Source: Octopus bimaculoides (lineage: Eukaryota). From it: 63,527 bases of DNA. A program made the translations under genes and the position numbers. The notes beneath the pieces were generated by a model. That model was given only the letters and a program-made list of their open reading frames with translations, did no database searches and was not told the DNA's origin. Location of the stretch: contig NC_068996.1 of NCBI RefSeq assembly GCF_001194135.2, positions 56,859,487 through 56,923,013 of the forward strand, in the 5' to 3' direction. The number at the start of each line of letters is the position of its first letter. Positions within the stretch are counted from its first letter, which is position 1. Below are positions 12,875-25,470 of the stretch, piece by piece.

Positions 12875-13452
12875 TTATTATCAATCTTGCACTGAGGAGG
12901 GAGCCAGTTTCCAACAAAGATACAAGGTTCCATCCTTGGGATGAAGTTTAAAACAGACAAATTCATATTTGGAACTTGAGAAAAGTCTTGCATATTTTTA
13001 CTGTCCTACTCACAGATTGCACTTGTAATGTACGAATCAGCCAGTTGATTTCTCCTTCTGAAAATCCCAGTTTATCCAGATTCTCCTTTAAGCATTTACT
13101 AACAAAACCTAGTGCTCCAATTATTATTGGTATGAATATGAATTCATAGTCTGGATAAAGAAGCTGGAGGCTTCGAAGCAGTTGTCCATAGATATCTTCT
13201 TTTTCTTTGATTTTCAAAGAGATATTTATATCTGTATGGCAGCTAACCTCTATGATGGTACATACCTTTGCTACTCTGTCCCAAACAACAATATCCGGCC
13301 TGTTATGTTGACATTTGAGAGAAGTTTTGATGGGAATATTCCACCAGTATTCCTTGAGTTGGTGTTTATGAATGTATTCCATAACAGAGGGATTATCTAA
13401 GTTTATTTCAGGACGGTCTTTTTGTGGATGGCATTTAAATTGTTTTAGCATA
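12875..13452 (-). mobile_element. REL-type non-LTR retrotransposon 3' end (R4/Dong- or CRE-like) with an open REL domain
   Basis: ORF 12963-13484: EYWWNIPIKT...HNRPDIVVWDRVAKVCTIIEVSC...IKEKEDIYGQL...IPIIIGALG...TVKICKTFLKF, a PD-(D/E)xK-like REL signature; ~85-nt 3' UTR ending ATAATAATT. Confidence 0.9.
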
Positions 13453-13770
13453 TCAATTGTAGCATATGAAGTAAGCAGTTGCATTCTCTCTGCAAGAACC
13501 CAAGTCGAGCCATACTTTTCTCCAGATGGGTTGGTACATATCCTGTTTCTCCCATAATAATAGGTATGAAACGGAAAGTGTTTCTTGGCTCCTGGATTTA
13601 CAAACTCCTTATCATGGATGTATTCATTTTCTCTTGTTAATTTAGAGTAAATTTTTGACTGACCAAACTTCTTGGTAGCAAGGTTGTGAAGGAGAGTATC
13701 TTGATTTAACTGTCATCCATTAAATCTTAAGAAGATCTTGCAGAATTTTTATAGTTCCAGACATCATGAT
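13453..13770 (-). mobile_element. Diverged REL-LINE fragments in permuted order
   Basis: Minus-strand pieces MSGTIKILQDLLKI*, TLLHNLATKKF...EYIHDKEF and FRFIPIIMGETGYVPTHLEKSMARLGFLQRECNCLLHMLQ all align by eye to the ORF at 12963-13484. Confidence 0.65.
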
Positions 13771-14812
13771 TGTTTATTGCATGCATGTGTGCATGCACAT
13801 GCATGTGTGCATGGGTGTATGCATAATCATTTATAGACAGGCAAACAGACAAGCAGACAAACAGATATTGACTGCATTAACTCAGTGTGTAGATGTTAAG
13901 TGGATAGATAGACACAAAGTGTTTATTCTTTGCAGTTTCTCATCTTGCTAAAAATAGCAGCTCAGTCTCTTAGAATATAGTAAACCATGTTATGTGAAAT
14001 GCAAATTCAATAATGAAGTCCTTGACTTGGTATCAGGCTCTTCACTTCTGATGCAATTATGGTGGCACCATCATTATATATGGTTCCTCTTGGACATTTT
14101 TAGACCCAATGGATCATTCTTCTCCAGATCTAACCTCAATTAATTTCTTCCAGAATAACATATGGACAGACATACAGAAAGAAAGATAAAAATCAGCTGG
14201 TACTTTACCAATCTTGAAAGAATGGCAAAATTGGCTCCAGTGGGATTTGAATTCAAAGCAGAGAGAAGCTGAAATGAATACAGCAAAATATTCATCTGGC
14301 ATTCTAACAACTCTGTCAGTTCAATACCTTACTAGGCTAATTTGGTGCTTTTATAGTTTTGAAACAAATAAATAAAAAGAGGCAGAACGGCCACGTGTGA
14401 AATTCCATTGGTTATAAGGTTTATTAAATCAACATTGATTTCCAGATAAGCACCAACCTCTACACATTTCCCCTTCCCTTTTCTCTCAACACTTCACACA
14501 ATAAATCATTTTTTTGTTTTAAATTTTTTTTTGACCAATTCTTTCATCTCCAAAATTGCAATTCTCTGGAACTCGGTTCCTGGCCATCTTTTCCTTGCAG
14601 ACATCACTCTCAGATTCACCCTCAGCTGAACTTTTGACTACAATGACCTTAACCTTGACAGTTTGAAAAGTCTTGCAAATAGGATGTAAACACTGACACT
14701 CTTCTGCCTCCTACTCCTGCTCTTCCTCTTCTTCTTTGGACTAAAGTGCGAAAAGGAAAAAAATAGGGATAATTAGATTAACAGATATAGACAGAATGTA
14801 GATGTATATAGA

Positions 14813-14879
<67 letters not shown>

Positions 14880-17609
14880 GTGTTAACAGACAGGCATACT
14901 GTGTATAGATGTATTAATTTGTGTGTGTGTATGTATGTTTGATTGACAGATTGATACTGTGTGTAGGTATATTTATTGAGTTGTGTGTGTGTGTGTGTGT
15001 GTGTGTATTGACAGTCAGGCACATTGTGCAGAGATGTGTGGTATTCATGTGGGAAATTGCTCTATGTGATTGACAAGCAGACACTGAGTATAGATGTGTA
15101 AATAGTGTGTGTGTGTGCATATGTGTGTGTATGTGTGCATGTGTGTGTGTGTGTGCATGAGTGTATGTATGTGCGTGTGTGCGTGTTCGTGTGTGTGTGC
15201 ATTGATTGACAGACAAACATTGTATACAGACATGAGTGTAGGTCAGTACTGGAAATGAGGTTTGGTAGAGGAACTGCATTACCCTTCGCTTCAATTCCTG
15301 GGGTTTGAGGGAAGAATGGGGAGAGACTATAGCTTCTAACCCCATCTTCCTTTCCAATTTCACAGGCCTTAGCATATCCCCTAGTTCGTAAAACTCCTTT
15401 CTCTCTCTCTCTCTCTCTCTCTGGTATCAGTGTATATATTGGAATGTGCATGCATGTATGTGTGTGTGTGCGATTAGCAGACACACACACACACACTGTG
15501 TATCAATATGTTTATTAGTTCTATTGACTCAAGTTATTCATGTATGTCTGTGAGTGCTAGGAAGCAAGGAAGAATGATTTTAAGCCAGAGTTTTTATGTC
15601 TCCCATTCTAATGTCTTCTGGCACCACCAAGCTTTCCAATCATCACAAAGAAGTCTCTACATGGAACAAAAACCAAATTTACTCGAAAATCATTTTTAAA
15701 AAGAAAAAAGAGAAGAGAACATATATGGTAAATTATGCCAAGAAAGATAAAGAAATCCAAGATCTCTTTTGATCATCTGCTTCTATAGCAACTAGTTTTA
15801 GAAATTACATTTTTTAATAAAATACAAACAGATTAGGTAGTCTTAAGCAAAATATTAGATTGGAAAATCTTTGATGAGGTTCCAGTTTGAGTATTCAGAG
15901 GTTTGGGGTAAGTGTTGGGTTATCAGCTTGTAGCCAACACTACTTTCAGATTTGCTCTGGAAGGAGATGGTTGTACCTGTCAAAGATTCAAAGACCAACT
16001 CTCATCCAGTTCTTCCCTAAAGGACAGGACTTGAAAGAGGGCTGGGCCCTGGGCATGTATCACATAAACTCACCAATGTGTAGGCATGTCCTGGTGCCAC
16101 ATTGACCAGAAACCCTGTATGTGTGCACCTGTCTATCTGTTTGTCTGTTTGGCCTAATATTGTATAATAATTGTAAACAGGTGTCACCGTCACACATGAG
16201 ATGTCATTTACTTTTAATTTTACATGAAAACATATCTGGCCAAGAAGAAATGTTAGCTTGCTTGGAAACAGGTGAGAGCTGGCAACAGAAAGGGCATTTA
16301 GCTGTAGAAAATCTGCTTCAAAGATTTGTCTCTGACTCATGCAAATTTAGAAAAGTAGACATTAAAATAATACAACAAAGTATGTTGTGAAGAAGGGAAC
16401 AGTTCTGACGAGCTATTTGTTGGAAGGAAATGTTAAATGGTGTTGAAGGGGTGAATGTATAGAGTGAGAGAGAGATGGGGGAGGAGGAGGAGGAGGAAGT
16501 AATAAGTGTTAGTTGGAAAAGAAGGTAATAGTCAGAGGGGAGAAAATAAAAGGGACCACTATAAGATTTGAAAAAAAAAAAGACACCAGGAGAAAGTAAT
16601 CTGATGCAAGGCAGGGAAATGCTATAAAGAACATTTATATATGCATATATATATACACACACTGATGCACATATATACACTGGTAAATATATATCCACAC
16701 ACATCCATTTTTTTGCATATCAGTTTTTCAATGCGAAAGTAATGGTCTCATCTTTTGCTAGAACTAAAGATAAACTAACAATATCTGCTGACTCAACCAC
16801 ATAACATTGATACAAACATTTAATACATTTCTTTTAGACCACTGACTCCTCTCTGTATATTTTGCCATCCATATATGACCATCACTGGTACTAACACCAT
16901 CATCATACTCCCCTCCTCATCTGCCTCCTGTTCCTATTACTACTACTCATTCTAATGTCCATTTTTCTGTCTGCCTCGATCAGATGCATTTAGTTGAGGC
17001 AGATATCCTACAGCTGGATGCCTTTCCAGTCACAAACCCTCCAAGTAAAGTTAAATTTCCTTTTTGTCCTTTACACACAAACAACACTGCAATGACAAGG
17101 AATGCTTTCATGGAACATCACAAACACTATTTATGTAAAAGCTGTGACATTGTTTACAATCAAAGCACAAAGGCAACATACACCCACATATACACTCACG
17201 CATACATGCTTGAGTATGTACCTACACAAACACACACAATATACTACATACACATCTATATGAAAGGTTCTTTCAGTTTCCATCTTCCAAATTCATTCAC
17301 AAAGATTTGATCAGCCCACAGCTACATGAGAAGACTGGCTGAAGTGCCTCACTCACACTCATGCAAAATATGTATGTGTGGAGGTATGTATGGGTGTATG
17401 CATGCATGCTTGTATGTATGTGTATGTATGTATGTATGTATATGTATACATATGTATGTGTGTATATATGTATGCATGTATGTATGCATGCATACATGTA
17501 TGTATGTCTACATTTGTCTGTATGTATGTATGTATGTATGTGTAGAGTTGTATGTTTTATGTATGTATTCTCATGCATATAGTTACATATCTAGACACAC
17601 TCATATATA

Positions 17610-17771
17610 TTTAAATGATAAACTTCTGGAAAGTTTAACAGATTTTTACAGTTCCAGTGATGGATTGGATCTGTAGTCTTTGAATCAGTTTTCTCCTTTC
17701 TGGTTTTGAGAAGCCTAATTCCTCAAGATTGGTATTTAGGCAGTGTATTACATGTACCAGGGCCCCAATAA
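17610..17771 (-). mobile_element. REL-LINE C-terminal fragment (same family as 12963 ORF)
   Basis: IGALVHVIHCLNTNLEELGFSKPERRKLIQRLQIQSITGTVKICKTFQKFII*; runs into a gap. Confidence 0.85.
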
Positions 17772-18283
17772 NNNNNNNNNNNNNNNNNNNNNNNNNNNNN
17801 NNNNNNNNNNNNNNNNNNNNNNNNNNNNNNNNNNNNNNNNNNNNNNNNNNNNNNNNNNNNNNNNNNNNNNNNNNNNNNNNNNNNNNNNNNNNNNNNNNNN
17901 NNNNNNNNNNNNNNNNNNNNNNNNNNNNNNNNNNNNNNNNNNNNNNNNNNNNNNNNNNNNNNNNNNNNNNNNNNNNNNNNNNNNNNNNNNNNNNNNNNNN
18001 NNNNNNNNNNNNNNNNNNNNNNNNNNNNNNNNNNNNNNNNNNNNNNNNNNNNNNNNNNNNNNNNNNNNNNNNNNNNNNNNNNNNNNNNNNNNNNNNNNNN
18101 NNNNNNNNNNNNNNNNNNNNNNNNNNNNNNNNNNNNNNNNNNNNNNNNNNNNNNNNNNNNNNNNNNNNNNNNNNNNNNNNNNNNNNNNNNNNNNNNNNNN
18201 NNNNNNNNNNNNNNNNNNNNNNNNNNNNNNNNNNNNNNNNNNNNNNNNNNNNNNNNNNNNNNNNNNNNNNNNNNNNNNNNNNN

Positions 18284-18320
<37 letters not shown>

Positions 18321-18323
<3 letters not shown>

Positions 18324-19197
18324 GGTGTGGTGAATAAACTGTCATCTAAATTACACAAAAATGAAAATAACACTGACATCTCATTGTAACAGATATATTA
18401 ACAAAAATTACATTAAAATATCTTGAAATACTAAAGAGTAAATTTATCTAATAAAATTGCCATTGGCTTCAACCATGACGTCCAGATGACTTCAGAATCT
18501 CCTGCAACTCTTCTGGACAGTCTCTTTGTTTAAGTTGGTGAATGCTGCCATAATCCTTGCCTTCAGTTCATCTTTGTGGTTATAAAGATTTTTGCTGGCC
18601 TCTTTCTCAACTGTGCCCCACATGTAATAATCAAGTGGGGATTGCAGTTTGGGGAGTTAGATGGACAGATGTTAAGGGTGATGGTGTCACAGAAATTGTC
18701 TGACACAACTGGATTCTCTTGATTATGTGGCATGGTGCAGAGTCCTGTTGCCAGACATAGGGTCTTCCAGCAGCTACCCTCTTGACCCAGGGTAGCACTA
18801 TCACCTCTAGGTACTTGATGTAGGCCTCCATGTTGAGTCTGAAGCCATATGGGAAGATGAATGGAGGCATAACATCGCCATCACTGGTGATCACTCCAAA
18901 CACCATAAAGTTGACTGGATATTTGATTTTTATCACTCTTGGTACATGTTTTGGGTACTCAGATTGACACCCAACACTCTGAATGTTCATATTGGTGCTT
19001 CTGGCATGAATGCCAAGCAGTACAGCATGTCATTTCCAAATTTCTGACAGAGTGAATTGTGTCATGGTGCTGTTTTTATCACAGACAGTACCCAACTGAC
19101 CCTACTATAGTGTGTAGTCAACAAAATAAAAAAACAAACAATGCACATGCATGAGATTAAAATTATAGAATGGCAACAATTTATCCATCACACCCTG
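18321..19197 (-). mobile_element. Internally deleted Tc1/mariner-superfamily element, maT (DD37D)-like
   Basis: Imperfect TIRs CAGGGTGTGGTGAATAAA / reverse complement CAGGGTGTGATGGATAAA with TA flanks; ORF 18631-18990 has KYPVNFMVFGVITSDG...PWVKRVAAGRPYVWQQDSAPCH, then a frameshifted SNSPNCNPHLDYYMWG. Confidence 0.85.
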
Positions 19198-19250
19198 TAT
19201 GTATGTATGTATATATATATATATATATATATATACATACACACACATAT

Positions 19251-19290
<40 letters not shown>

Positions 19291-19581
19291 TCAGTTACAG
19301 AATTCATTACCTGTTTATATCTATTTAAAATTTTAGCTGAAGCTGGTGGAATTATGCTATAATGTAATCTATGAATGCATCAATAAAATACTACCAAAAA
19401 AAGCTGTAGCAGATTTTAAACTGCATTTGTGTCCTTATATACATGTGCACACACACACATACACACATACACACACTTTCATATATACTTATATATGTAT
19501 GTACATGTAAGAATTGAAAAGTTGACTTTAAAATGATAACAGTGAAGTAGCAGCATCAGTAGCAGCAGCAGCAGCAGTAGC

Positions 19582-19615
<34 letters not shown>

Positions 19616-20071
19616 GTAGTAGTAAACAGAATGAGATGAAATAATCATTCAAGGCAGATATTTTTCTGAAATAAAATACATTTATTATAGAATTAGTTTC
19701 AACTGGGAGTTTGAGTTTTGCCTTGAGGTTTATTTCAGTTCCTTGTACTGAATCTCTTCCCTACACAATGATCAACAGTAATTGTGCTGTTGTTATTTCG
19801 CAAAATTCCTTCAACTCATCAACTGAAACATTAACATTTAAGAAATACTGGCACAAAAGGAACAAATATGTAACCATTTCTCTATATACCCTGACAGTGT
19901 TGCCTATAAAGAGAGAAAGGCCACGTTCCAGAAAATAGCAATCTGTAAATATTATGAAGACATTTTCATACAGCATTTGTTAATGTTGGAAGTTTTTATG
20001 TTTTAAAAGGTGAACCTAACTCTTTCGAAAGAAAGAAACCTACTGTGCAACTCTCAAATCATGTGCAATAA

Positions 20072-20109
<38 letters not shown>

Positions 20110-20261
20110 TACATGTTTGGATAATGATATAAGCAAAGATGAACACAAACAATGAAAGGAAGAAAATATGAATAATAAATATGTGATGGCATTATTTCAG
20201 AGTGGCCAGTTCTTGTCAAAAATAAACGGGTGAATAAACGCATACATATACATATGCAAAT

Positions 20262-20322
<61 letters not shown>

Positions 20323-20513
20323 CATACATACATAAATACATACATGCATACATACATGTATACATACATGCAAACATACATACATACATATACAAACAAA
20401 TTTACATAATACATAAATATATACATACGCACTTATATATATACATAAATACATGCATACATACATCACATTACATACACATACATATGTATATACATGC
20501 ATGAATGCATACA

Positions 20514-20546
<33 letters not shown>

Positions 20547-21324
20547 GTATGTATGTACATACTTAAAACTTCCTCTCTTGAGCTCCTGCTGATGATGTGA
20601 ATGCATGTACCTATATTTTGTGAGTGTTTATCTCAGTTAAATATAATTATATCCAGAACAAAAAAAAATATCTAATTTGTTAAATGTTAACATTTCAGTA
20701 TTTCAGTTGATAAATTAAAGGAATTTTAGAAAATAACAGAATAATTACTAGTGGTGGTGGTGGTGGTAGGGTTTCAATCCTAAGAGTTCAAATAAACCTC
20801 AGTCAAAGCTAATTTTATAATAAATGTATTTTATTTTAAAATGAATGTTTTGATTGATTTCTTTTTTCAACTTACTCCATTCACTACTAATACCACTACT
20901 TCATCATCATCATCATCAAAGTTTTCACATCCAATTTTCCTTGCTTCTGTCATCAGATATTACTTTTGTTGATGCAGAGTTTACTATGTTTAGTTGCTCT
21001 TCCTGGAGCCAACCTACTATATANNNNNNNNNNNNNNNNNNNNNNNNNNNNNNNNNNNNNNNNNNNNNNNNNNNNNNNNNNNNNNNNNNNNNNNNNNNNN
21101 NNNNNNNNNNNNNNNNNNNNNNNGTGTGTGTGTGTGTGTGTGTTTGTGTGTGTGTTTGTGTGTGTATATATATTGAACACCATGCAGCCTTTGTCAACAG
21201 TAAGTTTTTACATATACATACACACATACATAAATACATGCATACATACATACATACATACACACATACATACATACATACATACACACATACATACATA
21301 CATATATGTATAGTCATCATTTAA

Positions 21325-21500
21325 TTGGTGTTTTTCATGCTAGCATGGATCAGACTGTTTAAATGGCTCCAACCAGTTGGAGGACTCTGTTATGCTCCAA
21401 TGTCTGCTTAAGCTTGGTTTCTACACATGGATACCCTTCCTGACGCTAACCACTTTACAGAGTATACTGGATGCTTTCTAAGTAGCACCAGTGAGGTCAC
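21325..21500 (-). mobile_element. SINE/RTE-3'UTR family C, partial
   Basis: CATGCTAGCATGG...GGTTTCTACACATGGATACCCTTCCTGACGCTAACCAC, the reverse complement of the family C core. Confidence 0.65.
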
Positions 21501-21939
21501 CGTGTAATTTGCAAGGGCTAAGATGGCCTTGACTGAATGGGTGTCTATATTAGAGAGGCAGGGGGCAGTAAAACAGGACTAATATAACTATTTGTCCTTA
21601 GAATGAAAAGATGATGAACAGGTATAACTGATTTTTTTACACCTTAATGGGTTCTCATCATGGATATCAAAAAATATTTTACCAATCCCCAAGAAACAAG
21701 TTTTCAGTTTATTTCAAAACTCAGCAAACCCAGTAGCTACAAAGTACTAGAGCTACTAATTTTCATACCATTAAGCTTTTTTTAATCAACATCAGAGGCC
21801 TGTCAATGGGGATATCAGTCCACAGTTTTATATCAAGGTATGATATAATACATATATATATGTCATCATCATCATCATCATCATCTTAATTTAATGTCTG
21901 TTTCCCATGCTAGTGTGGGAGTAGATAGACAGCCAACAA

Positions 21940-22140
21940 CTGATGAAGGTCGTTCTTTATGTTACTTGTCCTGTTTTCCATTTGTTTCTCTCGTTGTTTG
22001 TGTATTGAACTCATTTGTTTTCGTATTTCATGTTGTTACTGTTGGTGACGTCCTGTACCTATATATGCATATATATATATATATATATTATTTATATTAT
22101 TATTTGATTGAATGTCATGCATCCATTTCCAACTAAGTTT
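21940..22140 (+). mobile_element. Penelope-like terminal-repeat fragment
   Basis: CAACTGATGAAGG..TTCTTTATGTT...ACGTCCTGTACC.ATATATGCAT...GAATGTCATGCATCCATTTCCAACTAAGTT; the same family occurs at 60085-60260(-), 60850-60905(+) and 61350-61520(+). Penelope assignment is from resemblance only. Confidence 0.5.
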
Positions 22141-22141
22141 A

Positions 22142-22214
<73 letters not shown>

Positions 22215-22289
22215 CTTTCCTCCATTTTTAATTATTTTTTATGATATCTTTATACTTATAACAAAAACTTTTTCAATTGTTATATACAC

Positions 22290-22455
22290 ATATATGGATG
22301 TATGTGTGTTTGTGTGTGTGTGTCTGTACCCCCACCATTGCTTGACAATTGATGTTGGTGAGTTTACATCTCCGTAACTTAGCAGTTCAGCAAAAGAGGC
22401 CGATAGAATAAGTACTAAGCTTACAAAGAATAAGTCCTGGGGTCGATTTATTCAA
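22290..22455 (+). mobile_element. SINE family A, 3' half
   Basis: TGCTTGACAATTGATGTTGGTGAGTTTACATCTCCGTAACTTAGCAGTTCAGCAAAAGAGGCCGATAGAATAAGTAC...GGGGTCGATT. Confidence 0.75.
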
Positions 22456-22535
22456 CTATATATATATATATATATATATATATTCCAACCCATGCTAGCA
22501 TGGAAAGCAGACTTTAAACGATATATATATATGCG

Positions 22536-23170
22536 TGGTGTACAAGAGAGACGACTGCACTGGAATGGTCAAGTCTTGCTTATGGATGAGGACAGCTGTA
22601 TGAAAAAAGGTCACACCCTAACAGTGGTGGGAATCTGTGGAAGAGGTAGCCCCAGGAAGACCTGAGATGAGATGACCTTCAAACATTGGGCCTCACGGCA
22701 GGAATGAGAAGCGACAGAGACCTTTGGTAATATGCTGCACTTGAGAAGACCCGGCAAACCAAGTGAGACTGTAACCTTGGCCTATGGCAGTGTTACATAA
22801 CCATCCCATTTAAGAGTACCCTTCAATCATTGGGCAATAATCTCTGCTTGTGAAGACCTGTTGAGTCAAGTGAAGTCATTGTCATGGCCGATGCCAGTAC
22901 CGCCTGACTGGCACCCATGCTGATGGCACTTGAAAAACACCAATCAAGCATGGTTGATGCCAGTCCCACTGAACTGGCTCCCATGCTGGTGGCACATAAA
23001 AAGCACCCACCACAGTTTCGGAATGGCTTGCATTAGGAAGAGCATCCAGCTGTAGAAACCTTGCCAGATCAGATTGGTGCCTGGTGCAGCCTCCTTACTT
23101 GCCAGGCCTTAGTCAACCTATCCAACCCAGACCAGCATGCAAAGTGGATGTTAAACGATCATCATCATCA
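22536..23170 (+). mobile_element. RTE-clade LINE 3' end with 3' UTR (family C sequence)
   Basis: GVQERRLHWNGQVLLMDEDSCMKK...GICGRGSPRKT...LEKTRQTK*, followed by the family C UTR and an (ATC)n tail. Confidence 0.8.
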
Positions 23171-23341
23171 TATATATATATATGCATATACATATATATA
23201 TATATGTATATACATACATATATATATACATACATATATATATACATATATATACATATATACATATATATATACATACATTCTCATCACACTAATATGT
23301 ATATAAAGATATATATATATATATATATATATTCATATATT

Positions 23342-23430
<89 letters not shown>
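23170..23430. repeat. (TA)n / (TACATA)n microsatellite
   Basis: Directly visible. Confidence 0.95.
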
Positions 23431-23432
<2 letters not shown>

Positions 23433-23520
23433 GGGAGAATGTACGAAATAACAACAGACGAGGACAGGTGGTGTAAATAACAAAAGGATGTATTAGTATG
23501 ACGCTTGGGAATACGGAAAG

Positions 23521-23557
23521 TCTTTGACGTTTCGAGCTACGCTCTTCAACAGAAAGA
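23521..23557 (-). ncRNA. Minimal type I hammerhead-like motif (A6->U variant) in a Penelope-like repeat
   Basis: Minus strand UCUUU CUGUUGA A GAGC-GUA-GCUC GAAA C GUC AAAGA: stem I 5 bp, stem II 4 bp, GUC triplet. Confidence 0.55.
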
Positions 23558-23957
23558 ATATATGCTCATTTATATATATATATTATTCCAACCTTTCAGG
23601 TAAAATTCAGTATAATAATATCAGACAGAATTTCGTAATATATAGTATATATGTATATAACTAATTTAGAGACGAACCACCATTCCACAGCTCAGTCAAT
23701 GAAGAACCTGTCCAAAACCGTGCTGTGAGACATATACCATACAAAATACTAATCTAAAATTTTGATAATATATAATATTGAACAGTAAGATTATTACATT
23801 TATATAATATATAAGAGCAAATACTTTTAAAATTACAACGAATACCATACAACAAAACATCCATCATAAAAATATTAATCTAAAAATCAAATAAAGTTTA
23901 AATTGAACAATAAAAATTAATACAATAACATAATGTATAAAAGTAAGTACTTGTACA

Positions 23958-24078
23958 TTGACTACGCACGTTTCATAGCTGAATTAGGATTATATAAAAT
24001 CATATAAGAAAACCATATCCAAGTTCATTAGAACGGAAAAATGATTTTATTCCCAAAAGCAGTCACTCCTCAGGTCAA
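23958..24078 (-). ncRNA. Type I hammerhead ribozyme-like motif with a large stem II loop
   Basis: Minus strand UUGAC CUGAGGA GUGACUG [78 nt] CAGCUAU GAAA C GUGC GUA GUCAA: core intact, stem I 5 of 5 pairs. Confidence 0.7.
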
Positions 24079-24079
24079 A

Positions 24080-24995
24080 TTCTTGTCTCATTAGGAAGAT
24101 GGCATCTGTGGTATTCTTCCCAGGTACAAAACCAAACTGCATCTCATCTAGTTTAATTCCTAATCAATTGAACTATAACCCTCTCAGTAACTTTCATGAC
24201 TTGGTCCAGTAGTTTAATACCGCTGTGGTTGTTTCTAAGACATCACCTTTACCCTTGTAGCAGCTAACTATAATACTGCTACACTAGTCTTTGGGGATGA
24301 TGCCCTCCTGAATAACCCGATTAACTATACGAGTGATTAAGCTGTATCTTACGCCACTGGAAATTTTAATCATCTTGGCAGTGATTCTTGATGGTCAAGG
24401 GGTTTTCCCTGTCTTCATGTCCTTAATTGCCTTATNNNNNNNNNNNNNNNNNNNNNNNNNNNNNNNNNNNNNNNNNNNNNNNNNNNNNNNNNNNNNNNNN
24501 NNNNNNNNNNNNNNNNNNNNNNNNNNNNNNNNNNNNNNNNNNNNNNNNNNNNNNNNNNNNNNNNNNNNNNNNNNNNNNNNNNNNNNNNNNNNNNNNNNNN
24601 NNNNNNNNNNNNNNNNNAGTGACACTTCCATGCATCTTTCTTCTCTGAGTCACTAAGTGCAAACATACCATTATCCATTCACACCCATTTCTCACCCACC
24701 ACATCCCTATTCTCTTTGATACACTGATTTGCAATCCTGAACACCTCATGCATCTGATCCTCATGCTGTAAAACATTGGCAAATCTCTTACCTTCAGCTG
24801 CTCCTTTTGCTATGTATATTTAATACCTAGCTGCCCCTTTTGGCTACCTTATAGAATTCTCTGCTTCCACCATTTTTCCAGTCTTTCCAAGCCTGTCTTT
24901 TGGCTTTTATAGCACTGCCAATCTCTTTATTCCACCACCATCTCACCCTTGGTCTACTTGGGACTCTGTGCCAACCACAGATTTCGTCCGTAGCC
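24080..24995 (-). mobile_element. RTE-clade LINE internal fragment (linker to RT N-terminus), spanning a gap
   Basis: RVRWWWNKEIGSAIKAKRQAWKDWK; KAIKDMKTGK; IIVSCYKGKGD; LDEMQFGFVPGKNTTDAIFLMRQ. Confidence 0.85.
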
Positions 24996-25289
24996 CTGAG
25001 TAGAATATATATATACACACATACACATAAGAGTTCAGGGTTCAAGTGGATCAGGTACCTAAATAGAAAAGCACCAAGTTTGGGTCAAAGAAACAGCAAT
25101 TATGTTCAAAACAAAATTAGAGAAATATATACATACACACTGAAGAACAGACAGATTAATATTCCAGTTGCATATACGATCACTAGTGCCTGATTGAATA
25201 TTGATATTAACATTGTTGTACTCAAGAAAATCTACCCACAACAGAATTGAGATCCTAAAACCAAGGCACCACACAAAAAGCATTCGCAT

Positions 25290-25470
25290 TGGTGCTGGTC
25301 ACACATTAAATGTACCCAGTAGATTCAGTAAAGAAGTTGGCATTAGGAAGCCAATTCTGCTGTAGAAACCAGACAATAGAACTTGGAACAGCCCCTGGTC
25401 TTGCTAGTTCTTGTCAAGTCATCCAACTGATGCCAGCATGGGGAAAATGGACAATGATACTGATGATAAT
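25290..25470 (+). mobile_element. SINE/RTE-3'UTR family C, partial
   Basis: TTGGCATTAGGAAG...CTGTAGAAACC...GCCAGCATGGGG...ATGATACTGATGATAATGATG. Confidence 0.6.

Noticed and set aside
21945-21965. CTGATGA here and near 61360 as further hammerheads
   Set aside because: No downstream GAAA with a stem II in either copy.
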